A stretch of DNA of 64,000 nt from Tubiluchus corallicola. Its lineage: Eukaryota > Animalia > Priapulida. The notes beneath the pieces were generated by a model. That model was given only the letters and a program-made list of their open reading frames with translations. It was not told the DNA's origin and did no database searches. The DNA lies in NCBI GenBank assembly GCA_030141605.1, contig JAQGDQ010000727.1, forward strand, positions 1 through 64,000. Direction: 5' to 3'. Made by a program: the position numbers and the translations under genes. How positions within the stretch are numbered: position 1 is the stretch's first letter; every line of letters begins with the position of its first letter. Positions 1 through 12,048 of this stretch are shown here, piece by piece.

Positions 1-511
1 GTTTGCACAAAAACTGAAACACTTTTATTACACTACAGTGTTATAAGTAACATGACTGCTAAACTACACTGAGGACCAGAGTGTCCTGCACTGATCACGA
101 AGAATTAGACAGTGGCTAGAAGTGAAATCTAGCCAATTTATATAGGTAGAGAACTATGCAAAAACTTGGCTTCACATATCCCATTACAGTAAAAATAGGG
201 GAGATCCAGTGAGTTTGCATATTCACTGGACCGAGCAATTGTGCTAAGGGTGAGTTTAACTAGTAAAATGTTAAAGTGACTAATCAATAGATGGCAGCAC
301 CTAAAATATACAGTTACAACTTTCACAACATTAAAACCAACAAACTTCGACGGGCAATTTGATGCAAACAAGTACAGCGTTGGACAAGCGTAGACTAATT
401 ACAGGCCTGTGTGTGGTATATTATATTCATAATAGTTGAAACAATAATCGTTTAACAATTTTAATTAAAATACACTATTTAAGAATAATTTAGTTTAGAT
501 ACAGGAAAGAA

Positions 512-916
512 CCAGCTTCTGGAATCAACATGCTTATTGAGCTAACGATCGTTTCGGCTATTGAAGCCATTATCAAACTATAAATGAAGCCAGAAAGTAG
601 AATAAATCATACATTAATGATACGAAGACACAAATTGAAACTACAAAACAACAGATTAGAATTTAACTTGTCAAAATAAAGTGGGTTGTAACAGAAGAAA
701 CTGCAGTGAAATGTAAAAAAATTGTACCTAACTCATGAGAACCAGAAAGAACACAACAGATAAACAATTAATCCAACTCTACATAATAAACAACCATAGC
801 AGTAAGCACTATACGAATAAAACGCAAATTCTAATGTAATTTTTTTTTACATTTCTCTGGCTTCAATAGCCGAAACGATCGTCACTCAATAAACATGGGG
901 ATTCCTTGAAGCTTGG
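512..916. mobile_element. MITE-like element with ~58-bp imperfect terminal inverted repeats (mirror copy 5980-6384)
   Basis: 512-569 (ccagcttctggaatc..aacgatcgtttcggctattgaagcca) is the inverted counterpart of 858-916 (tggcttcaatagccgaaacgatcg..gattccttgaagcttgg). Confidence 0.65.
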
Positions 917-1685
917 AGCCTGGGGCACTGCATCTTCAAATACTTTAAAACCGATACAAACTCATCAAAACATTATAGTTAAGCTGATGACATTTTCTGG
1001 TAGACGGGAACATGCAACGCCATCCTACATTAAATTGGGCCTCTTAAAACTGAATGATATCTACAAACTCGAGCTTGCAAAATTTGTATACAAATTTAAG
1101 AATAACTTACTACCAGAATTGTTTCTAAATTACTATACGCCAGCATCCGATATTCACAGTTACAACACTAGGTTTTCTACTAACAGTTCTTTCTTCATCG
1201 AACGATTTAATACATCTAAGGGTCAAAGGTCATTAAAGTATCAGGGATCAGTATTATGGAACTCCCTACCTGCTTACGTAACTTCTTTACCTCTGCATTC
1301 ACTAAATAAACAGTACGCTAAGGCACTTCTTAAAACTTACAGATAAATCAGTTTTTTGTCTATTAGATGTACATTGTTGTGGTAACTTTCGCTGAAAAAC
1401 ATTTTTTTATAAGGTGCAAACTCACTTTCTATGAGTTGCTTAGTAGTTCGTAAATTTGTCATGGTTTTTAGTTTTTTTTTGCTGTTATATTTTTGTTTTT
1501 GTATTTCTGCACGTTTATGTATTTTTTAATATAGTTGTGTCTGCTGTCATTAGCGTCCTTTTGTTTACTGTCCTTTGAGAAGGGTGGTTGACTCGATAAC
1601 CTTTGGTCCAAGCTTTCTCCTATGTTCGTTTGTATTTTTGTGTATTTTATTGTCAAATCATTGTATATTTATGGAGGAAAATAAA

Positions 1686-1690
<5 letters not shown>
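917..1690 (+). mobile_element. 5'-truncated LINE (CR1/L2/Crack-like): ORF2 C-terminus plus 3' UTR ending in an (ATT)n tail
   Basis: The peptide WGTAS..LKPIQTHQNIIVKLMTFS..HATPSY..LLKLNDIYKLE..HSYNTR..YQGSVLWNSLP is typical of the CR1-group ORF2 C-terminus. An aataaa and a microsatellite follow. Confidence 0.8.
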
Positions 1691-1735
<45 letters not shown>

Positions 1736-1798
1736 TATTATTACTATTACTATTATTATTACTATTATTATTACTATTACTATTCCTATTATTATTAC

Positions 1799-1834
<36 letters not shown>

Positions 1835-1849
1835 TATTATTATTATTAC

Positions 1850-1884
<35 letters not shown>

Positions 1885-1893
1885 TTATTATTA

Positions 1894-1963
<70 letters not shown>

Positions 1964-1972
1964 CTTATTTAT
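1686..1972. repeat. (ATT)n / (TTTA)n microsatellite (LINE tail)
   Basis: Direct reading. Confidence 0.95.
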
Positions 1973-2027
1973 TCTCCTTCACTTTAACGCTTAAGAACTC
2001 GTAAGGCTTGCAAGCTAGGTTCACAGG

Positions 2028-2060
2028 ATGGGGAGCCCTACGCGGGCGACGTACAACAGT
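2028..2060 (+). CDS. Tentative GLUT exon 1 (MGSPTRATYNS)
   Basis: ATG followed by a phase-0 gtgaca donor. GLUT genes have a short first coding exon. No homology support is visible. Confidence 0.35.
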
Positions 2061-5000
2061 GTGACAAGAATCGTTCAGTTTGTTTATTTTTTTAATTTCT
2101 TTGAGAATTTGATTTAGTTCTTGTTAAGAATTTTTTAAAGTAACTGACCAACTTTTCTGTCTGTCACCATCTGTTTATTATATTTTGTCTAGTAGTTTAT
2201 AACGTACTGTATTATGTCTATTATAACACACATATTATAAGACTCAATATATATAAGCAGCTATAAAGGCATTATTACAGATTTCCTGAAATAATATCGA
2301 TTAATATTAAAGGCAAAACTGAACATAATCTTAAACTGTAGGTCAAAACAATCTACTCTTTAAAATATTGAAAGAAAACATAGTATTTTTTCAAAAATGA
2401 CTTACGTGAAAGAATTATTACCACACAAACACAATTTCACGTTTGCGCCACTAGTTCTTCACTGTTACATGCATTTCGCCTTTCGGCGGTTAGACGAGCA
2501 CTAGCGCCTGCATTTCGAAAACGCGTTGCACAAAAAACAGGTGCTGTACCTCTCAGTTCAGATGTGTTATTTTGTATCAAACTACACACATTCAACTGCT
2601 CATGCGTGACTGCAGTGGTAAATTTCAAATTTGAATTTTTATCTTAAAATCTTAAATATTTAGTACAACATACGGAATATCTCACAGTAGCACTGTACTT
2701 CAATTTTCACTTTCACAAACACGTGCAACACGCTCGTGTAATATTTTTGCTGTTGTAAATTATGTTAGTTTGTGATGTCATCACTAGCTGGGTTCGCCTG
2801 CCGTTAATTAAGATTTTAATCATTTATTTAATTATCAGAAACGCTGTTGCAGTATTAATTGTGTTAAAATGTATTCTTTTTACATCTTCCTTTAAGGCTT
2901 CGTCTTCTTTTCGTTCTTCTTTTCTTCTTGTTCTTCTTTGTCTTTTTCTTCTACGTTCTTCTTCTTTCTCTTTCTCTTTTTCTTTTTGTTTTTTCTATTA
3001 CTATCTGTTCTTCCACTTTTTTCTCTTTGTCTTTTTCTTCCACTTCTCTTTATTTTTCCTCTATTCTTCTTCTTAAACCGTGTTGTATATTTTTACAGAC
3101 TTTCTCTGCTGCCTTGTTGCTAACAATGGCTTCAGTGTTCATTGGCGCACCGTTCTCACTGGGTTACAATATGGTGGTCATGAATGCACCTCTGGATGTA
3201 AGCAAACGTATTTAAGGAATTATTACATGACGCAAAATTCTTTAATTAAGATTTTCATTAGTTGCAACAATAATGAGCCTTTTCACAGTTCCAGCGATTG
3301 ATGATGATCGTGAAAAGGTCAAAGGTTAAGTGTACCAGACAACGCATTTGTGCACACTTGACAACGCCTCGCAGCCCATGCTGTTGTAATAGTAACAGCT
3401 AGCTAGAACGTTACCTAGTTCATTTTTTCTTGTTCCTAAGCAAGATCCTGCTAGTAAATCACTCTGCGCACAGACTAATGCATAATTAAGTAAAGTCCAC
3501 GTAAAACAACTGAAGTTACTGAACTGATGCGGCAGACGGCTTTGCTTTACACATGTCACGTGACGGTTGTAGTTAAGACGCGTTGCTGTGGTACACTTAA
3601 CCTTTGACCTACAGCAACTGCGCATGCGCACAACGAAACTATAACAGGCATTTTTCTCATTTGGTAACAATTAAACTGGCATCATCTTAACTGGCAATAT
3701 CACTTGCGACATCTATTGGGACATTTAGAAATACTTTTCAAATCTGAGAAAAACTTTTGCCAGTAAAAGCAATTCAACTCTCATAACGAGATAACTTTTT
3801 TGCTTTACAGTTGTTGACCGATTTCTTTAACCAATCGTATTATCAACACTACCAGACAAGGCTAACCGATAACAATCTCGAATGGCTGATCTCCATCACC
3901 ACGGGGATTTATAACTTTTCTGCTGCCCTAGGAAGCCTAGTAGGACCTATTATTGCTGACAAATATGGCAGGTAAGCTCTCTGAATCTACCGCCATTTTA
4001 GATTGTTAATATTATATTATCATAAGCTAGTATCTCAAATGTCATATCTCGTGGCCATGAACTGTTATTTTTCGATACATAATTTACAACCGTATCTCGA
4101 ATGTCATATCTCGTGGCCATGAGCTGCTATTTTTTTATACATAATTTACAACCGTATCTCGAATGTCATGTCTAGTAGCCACGAACTGCTATTTTTCGAT
4201 ACATACTTTACAACCGTAACTCGAATGTCATATCTCGTGGCCATGAACTGCTATTTTTCGATACATACTTTACAACTGTAACTCGAATGTCATATCTTAT
4301 GGCCATGAACTGCTATTTTTCGATACACAATTTACAACCGTATCTCGAATGTCATGTCTGGTAGCCATGAACTGCTATTTTTCGATACATAATTTACAAC
4401 CGTATCTCGAATAATCATATTTCGTGGCCATGAACTGCAATTTTTCGATACATAATTTACAACAGTACCTCGAATGTCATATCTCGTGACCATGAACTGC
4501 TATTTTCCATACATAATTTACAACCGTATCTCGAATAATCATATCTCGTAGCCATGAACTGCTATTTTTCTATACATAATTTACAACCGTATCTCGTATG
4601 TCATGTCCGATAGCCATGAACTGCTATTTTTTGATACATAATTTACAACCGTATCTCGAATGTCATATCTCGTGGCCATGAATTGCTATTTTTTGATACA
4701 TAATTTACAACCGTACTACCTAACCACAACAAAAATTTTAAGTAAGAAGCAACAATCGCAAGCCAACTACGCGAATGTTTCGACAAAATTAAACTAAATT
4801 AACAGCTTGGACAAGCGTAGACTAATTACAGGCATATGTGTGGTATATTATATTCAAAATAGTTGCAACAATAATCTTTCAACAATTAATACACTATTTA
4901 AGAATAATTTGATTTAGATACAGGAAATAGTAATAGTAATAGTAATAGTAATAGTAATAGTAATAGTAATAGTAATAGTAATAGTAATAGTAATAGTAAT

Positions 5001-8000
5001 AGTAATAGTAATAGTAATAGTAATAGTAATAGTAATAGTAATAGTAATAGTAATAGTAACAGTAACAGTAACAGTAACAGTAATAGTAATAGTAATAGTA
5101 ATAGTAATAGTAATAGTAATAGTAATAGTAATAGTAATAGTAATAGTAATAGTAATAGTAATAGTAATAGTAATAGTAATAGTAATAGTAATAGTAATAG
5201 TAATAGTAATTTTATTTTCCTCCATAAATATACAATGATTTGACAATAAAATACACAAAAATACAAACGAACATAGGAGAAAGCTTGGACCAAAGGTTAT
5301 CGAGTCAACCACCCTTCTCAAAGGACAGTAAACAAAAGGACGCTAATGACAGCAGACACAACTATATTAAAAAATACATAAACGTGCAGAAATACAAAAA
5401 CAAAAATATAACAGCAAAAAAAAACTAAAAACCATGACAAATTTACGAACTACTAAGCAACTCATAGAAAGTGAGTTTGCACCTTATAAAAAAATGTTTT
5501 TCAGCGAAAGTTACCACAACAATGTACATCTAATAGACAAAAAACTGATTTATCTGTAAGTTTTAAGAAGTGCCTTAGCGTACTGTTTATTTAGTGAATG
5601 CAGAGGTAAAGAAGTTACGTAAGCAGGTAGGGAGTTCCATAATACTGATCCCTGATACTTTAATGACCTTTGACCCTTAGATGTATTAAATCGTTCGATG
5701 AAGAAAGAACTGTTAGTAGAAAACCTAGTGTTGTAACTGTGAATATCGGATGCTGGCGTATAGTAATTTAGAAACAATTCTGGTAGTAAGTTATTCTTAA
5801 ATTTGTATACAAATTTTGCAAGCTCGAGTTTGTAGATATCATTCAGTTTTAAGAGGCCCAATTTAATGTAGGATGGCGTTGCATGTTCCCGTCTACCAGA
5901 AAATGTCATCAGCTTAACTATAATGTTTTGATGAGTTTGTATCGGTTTTAAAGTATTTGAAGATGCAGTGCCCCAGGCTCCAAGCTTCAAGGAATCCCCA
6001 TGTTTATTGAGTGACGATCGTTTCGGCTATTGAAGCCAGAGAAATGTAAAAAAAAATTACATTAGAATTTGCGTTTTATTCGTATAGTGCTTACTGCTAT
6101 GGTTGTTTATTATGTAGAGTTGGATTAATTGTTTATCTGTTGTGTTCTTTCTGGTTCTCATGAGTTAGGTACAATTTTTTTACATTTCACTGCAGTTTCT
6201 TCTGTTACAACCCACTTTATTTTGACAAGTTAAATTCTAATCTGTTGTTTTGTAGTTTCAATTTGTGTCTTCGTATCATTAATGTATGATTTATTCTACT
6301 TTCTGGCTTCATTTATAGTTTGATAATGGCTTCAATAGCCGAAACGATCGTTAGCTCAATAAGCATGTTGATTCCAGAAGCTGGTTCTTTCCTGTATCTA
6401 AACTAAATTATTCTTAAATAGTGTATTTTAATTAAAATTGTTAAACGATTATTGTTTCAACTATTATGAATATAATATACCACACACAGGCCTGTAATTA
6501 GTCTACGCTTGTCCAACGCTGTACTTGTTTGCATCAAATTGCCCGTCGAAGTTTGTTGGTTTTAATGTTGTGAAAGTTGTAACTGTATATTTTAGGTACT
6601 GCCATCTATTGATTAGTCACTTTAACATTTTACTAGTTAAACTCACCCTTAGCACAATTGCTCGGTCCAGTGAATATGCAAACTCACTGGATCTCCCCTA
6701 TTTTTACTGTAATGGGATATGTGAAGCCAAGTTTTTGCATAGTTCTCTACCTATATAAATTGGCTAGATTTCACTTCTAGCCACTGTCTAATTCTTCGTG
6801 AACAGTGCAGGACACTCTGGTCCTCAGTGTAGTTTAGCAGTCATGTTACTTATAACACTGTAGTGTAATAAAAGTGTTTCAGTTTTTGTGCAAACATGTA
6901 ATATGGTGTTTAGTTGTTTTCTACAAGTGTTCAATTTCATAACTAATTTTCACATATGTAATGTTGCCAGACGGAAAGCCCTCATTTCGATTCCCGGTAT
7001 TTTGAATTTTTTGCAATTTCCAAACTTATGTTTTTGAACACCAGCAGCACTTTTTTACATTTTTCATTATTCGAGGGGCAATAATATTTTGCAATTCTTG
7101 GCCAATTGGCTAATAGCTACAGAAAAGTGAACATCTACTTCAGCCACTGATTCGCTGACTGTGGAATTATGGAACTTTGTTTTGTTTCGTTTTTTCAGAA
7201 AGCCATTTGTTTTGTTTCGTTTTTTCAGAAAGCCAGCCATATTGGCCAATAACGCAATAGCATTTGCAGGAGCTGCAATGTTAGGACTTTCTAAAGTGGC
7301 CAATTCTTTTGAGATGATCATAATAGGAAGAATTCTTACTGGCATTCATGGAGGTCTGTGTGATTACAGAATGAAATATAGAAATCTCTCTGCATGAATC
7401 AGCAGCTGATGTGACCAAGTACATCTCTGTTCAGATGTTGTTCAGTTGTGACGTGGCGCATGTGCTCAAGAGCACACAGAACTTAAACCAAAGTTTTTGT
7501 AAAAGAAAAATGTAGAAATCGCTCTGCATGAAATAGCAGCTGATGTGACCAAGTACATCTCAGTTTAGCTGTTGTTCAGTTGTGATGTGGTGCACACGTT
7601 CGAGGGCACACAAAAACTTGAAACAGAGTTATAGTAAAAGAAATGTATAAATCGCTCTGCACGAATCAGCAGCTGATGTGACCAAATACATCTAAGTTCA
7701 GATTTTGTTCAGTTGTGACGTGGCGTACACGTTCGAGAAAACACAGAAACTTGAAACTTAAAGTTCTAAACAAAATTTCAGAGTTTTTGTGTTTCACACT
7801 GAATGTTGTACGGTAGCAATGTACTTCAATTCTCACTCTTGCAAACACGTGCAACAAGCTTGTAGAATGTTTGTTCTGTGAAAAATTATGTTCGTTTGTG
7901 ATGTCATCACTAGTTGGGCTTACTTGACGTTAATGAAATTTTTAACCTATTATTTAAGAAACACTTTCGCATTATTAAAGGTATTAAAACTTTTATCTTT

Positions 8001-11000
8001 TCCGAATTTCAAAGTGGGGTAAGATATGAAAGACTACCCATTTTCCTTCAATATAATATAATTACATTTTAATGCAACAACGGCAAACTTGACAGTTTCA
8101 CAAACAGATTTTCATTTTTGCAGGATATGGGGTGGTTGCTACTGTATATTTCGTCGAGATTGCACCTAAGGACGTGAGAGGAGAGATCGGCTGCCTCTAT
8201 GAGATTGGCTTCACGGTGTCTGTTCTTGTAGCGCAAATTCTAGGGCTTCCTCACGTCCTGGGAAACCAGTGGGGTTGGCCAATATTGCTAAGTGAGCCAT
8301 TTTCTTGTTTCGTTTCATCTTTCTTCGTCATTAGTAGACGTTCAAATTTTCTGTAACAAGTTTATATTGCAGAGAAAATATTATGAGAGCAGTGGCGGCT
8401 TGTGTATAGGTACAGCGCCCCTTTTTTCACTCAATATTATTGATAATACTCTATAACTACGGCCAAAACACGTTGAAAACACCGCTTCTCGTCTGATCAC
8501 CGAAGTTAAGCAACGTAGAGCCCGGTTAGTACTTGGATGGGTGACCGCCTAGAAATACCAGGTGCTGTAGGCTTGCGGGATGGCCACACTGTATCTCGAC
8601 ACTAGGTGGAGAAGCTGCACAAAGCAGTCAATGGCTAGAGGGCGGAGAAGGTCAAGTGACCCAACGGCCATGTGTAGGAGTGGAGCCCCGAAGGCGGACC
8701 AGTGCAACATCCTCACTGACTCCGGCAGCTCCTGCAGCCAACCTGGTGCCAAACGTATCGCTCCGCTTTCCTTTGGACTACACCAGGGCGGAAGAGAGGG
8801 GGGTTCCTGTTGTCTGGGCAACTCAGGATCTCCATACACCTTGCCCAGGCGTGCACCCTGGAGACGTTCAAGGATCGCACTGCTCAGCCGCAGTCGACGC
8901 TGCAGCTCCATCAATATGATCAATAACTGACTCTCTTGGCGCACACTCCATTGTCTTCCGAGACAGAAGGATGCCAACCAATACTCAATATAATAAGTCT
9001 TTTTTCTTTAGTTCTTTCTTTATACTTGTACGGTCCAGAGCGCGTGAGGGTAGTACTGTTTGCTTCACAGCCCAGCAACACGGTGTTTGGCTGTTGTGCG
9101 CATGCGACCATGCACATACGTCTGAGCCCAGGTAGAGAAAGTACTGTCACTCACACAGTTTATTGTCAGTTGTTACGTATTTAGCGTGAATGGATCAAGC
9201 TTGATCGGTGACAGTTTAGGCTATTAGTAAGCAAAAAAATTTTTTTGTTTAGGATTTTCTCAAGTTTATGTATAAATTTTCGTATATCTGTTTGTTTAAC
9301 CCTTATAGGGTCATGATTTTTTACAACCGATTTTGGTAACCGGGGGGGGGGGGGGGTAAAAAATTAGCCCCACCATAATTCGGGTAATTTGAGTAACTGA
9401 CATTTCGTATAATGTATAGACAAGCGAAGTAAAGATTCGACAATTTTAAAAAATCGACATATTGCATTTTCACTTTTATTTCGTGGTGAGACAATGCGCC
9501 TAAAATAACTGAAAGTATTTTGTGCACAAAACATATTTAGAAAAAGTCATAGAAAATGTTTACTGGGATGCGTATGGTAAAAGGGTAAAATGCAAAAAAC
9601 CGGTCTGGGGGTAATTTTTTACCTCCCGGTGACCCTATAAGGGTTAAAATTACAATTACAAATTACCACATCAAAATTATATATGATTATTTCGTTTTAC
9701 ACAGTATTAAAACAATGGCTAAAATTTTCTGAAGTAGCACCCGGTACTGGAGCCGCCACTGGTTCAACCTGGCAAAGCTGTGATTATAATTGAGTTTTGA
9801 TTTTTTTAATTTTTACCTAAAATTTGTTTTTCTTCTTTTTTTAAGGTTTTACAGCATTCACCTCAGCAATACAAACGTGCACCTTACCGTTGTCCAAGGA
9901 AACACCTGTATTCTGGTTGATGCAAAAGCGGGAAGATCTATCTCAAGACTGTGAGCATTTTTTCACAATTTTTTCACAATTTTAATAAGTAATTTGTGAT
10001 TCAATTTGAGTTTTTAATTTGTGATTCATCTGCCACGACCCACGCAGAACTTATTCTTTAAAGGGAACAGAAACTAATTTCACACTATAGCATGAATTAA
10101 TGTTGCATATTATTAAGGCCAGTGTGAACTTGACTTAATAAATTTTAATTTTGTAGCCAAGGTGGCTCCATCTAGCTGGAAAGTTTAAAGTGTGGGCATT
10201 GACCCAGTTATGTTTTCATTATGCAGTCAATCAAACAAACTATTAAAGCCAGTGTGAACCTGACTTAATAAATTTTAATTTTGTAGCCAAAGTGGCTCCA
10301 TCTAGCTGGAAAGTTTAATGTATGGGCATTGACCCAGTTATGTTTTCATTATGCAGTCAATCAAACAAACTATTAAGGCTAGTGTGAACTTGACTTAATA
10401 AATTTTAATTTTGTAGCCAAGGTGGCTCCATCTAGCTGGAAAGTTTAAAGTGTGGGCATTGACCCAGTTATGTTTTCCAGTTATGTTTTCATTATGCAGT
10501 CAATCAAACAAACTATTAAGGCTAGTGTGAACCTGGCTTAATAAATTTTAATTTTGTAGCCAAGGTGGCTCCATCTAGCTGGAAAGTTTAAAGTGTGGGC
10601 ATTGACCCAGTTATGTTTTCATTATGCTGTTCTGTAGTACATGTGAACATGTGTCTTGTGCAAGCTAGCGAAATTTCTCATTAGATATATGCCGCAACGA
10701 TGTAAGTTTATTTCTATTAATTTTGATTTTCATATATTCATTGATATTTTTGATTGATTAATTAACTGTCAATCTAACTAAACTATATTCATAAAATTAG
10801 CCAATGTCAGTCACTTTTGCTTTTCTATTTTCATTTTTAAATATTGCAGAAACAAAGATCAGTGGTTTACACGAAATTCAACTGAGACTTTTGAAGATTT
10901 GTCATAAATGCCTCTCAGAGACACTAACACATATAAAATATGAAAAATGAACATATGTTGTTCTTAAAAGAGTGACTGAGTGTTTTTAATATATGAAATT

Positions 11001-12003
11001 ATAGCCAATGTTGTACAGTAGCACTGTACTTCAATTTCTGGTTCGGCAAACGCGCGCAACACGCTCCTGGACTGTTTTTGTTGTGGAAAATTATGTTAGT
11101 TTGTGACGTCATCACTAGTTGGGCTCGCTTAAGTTTTAATTAAGTTTTAATCTATTATTTAATTATCAGAAATGCTTTTACAGTATTAATTGTGTTATTC
11201 ATGTATATTTTTACTGTACTTGAAAATGGGTTTCTTTAATTAAAGGACAAGAAAATGCCTCTAATGTCTCAGAAAATTTTCGTTAAAGAATTATAACGGT
11301 TATAGAGGCTATCTTAAGCATTTATCAAAAGAATTTCCTGTTTGTTTTCATTTTAAACACTCCCGCGAGACTGTCACGGCGGCGCCATGTTAGATGGCGT
11401 CACAGAACCACAGCACAAATCTTTATAGTACACGTGATCGGAACTCCTTGCGACTGTGTTCGAGTGACGTCATACCACGTGATCAGTCACATGCTGGCTT
11501 TTCAATTGGCGGATTAAATGAAACATGTCTGCGCCAACGTTTACTGCAGCGGTTGAAATATTTTACAAAAATTGGAGTAAATGGGAAAACGTGAGTTCTT
11601 TTTTCGCTTAAGATTATACTTGGGTGATGTGATTTTTTAATGCAAATCTTCTGAGGCTTACTTTGGTTGGCCATTTCCTTGTCCTTTAATGCATTCAGGA
11701 ATCTGTTACCCCTTTGAAACAAATTTTTCACACAAAACTGATCTCACTACTCTCAAAGGCAACTTTTTTAAAGTTTTACAGGGCAGCTAGATCATCGTAT
11801 TTCTTTGTGTTTCAGCTTTACGATTCTTTCGGAAATCAAAAGACATCAAAAGCGAATGGGAAGCCATGAAGCACGACGCGTCAGAAATAGCAGACATAAA
11901 AATGGTGGGTAAAGGAAAATTTAAGTGAGCCACAAAGGCTCGAATTTTGTAACAAATCCAATAATGAGTAAGTAAGTAAGTAAGTAAGTAAGTAAGCAAA
12001 CAC

Positions 12004-12048
<45 letters not shown>

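Larger units (their letters stand above)
1..1690 (+). repeat. Left arm of a ~1.7-kb near-perfect inverted duplication (partner 5207-6895); may extend beyond the window start
   Basis: Position x pairs with 6896-x. ORFs 138..371/6525..6758 and 906..1346/5550..5990 mirror each other. Only isolated substitutions were seen (e.g. RCCH vs RYCH). Confidence 0.95.
8390..9761 (+). mobile_element. hAT-like MITE (TIR CAGTGGCGGCT/AGCCGCCACTG) hosting two nested insertions
   Basis: 11-bp TIRs. Related copies at ~14425-14497, 17599-18100 (inverted), ~26110-26580 and ~27800-27974. No 8-bp TSD is visible. Confidence 0.65.

Noticed and set aside
906-1346. 146-aa standalone gene present twice
   Set aside because: It is a truncated LINE ORF2 C-terminus whose apparent start comes from the adjacent MITE TIR.
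4031-4715. Regular repeats resembling a CRISPR array (also 20422-21123 and 10111-10628)
   Set aside because: The units are contiguous with no unique spacers, no cas genes are present, and the context is a eukaryotic intron. They are minisatellites.
8455-8574. Functional 5S rRNA gene
   Set aside because: Single copy, substitutions in the stems, no T-run terminator, and enclosed in a TSD with a downstream body.
8549-8977. ORFs of 142, 116 and 87 aa
   Set aside because: They lie in the GC-rich SINE body and show no recognisable protein motifs.
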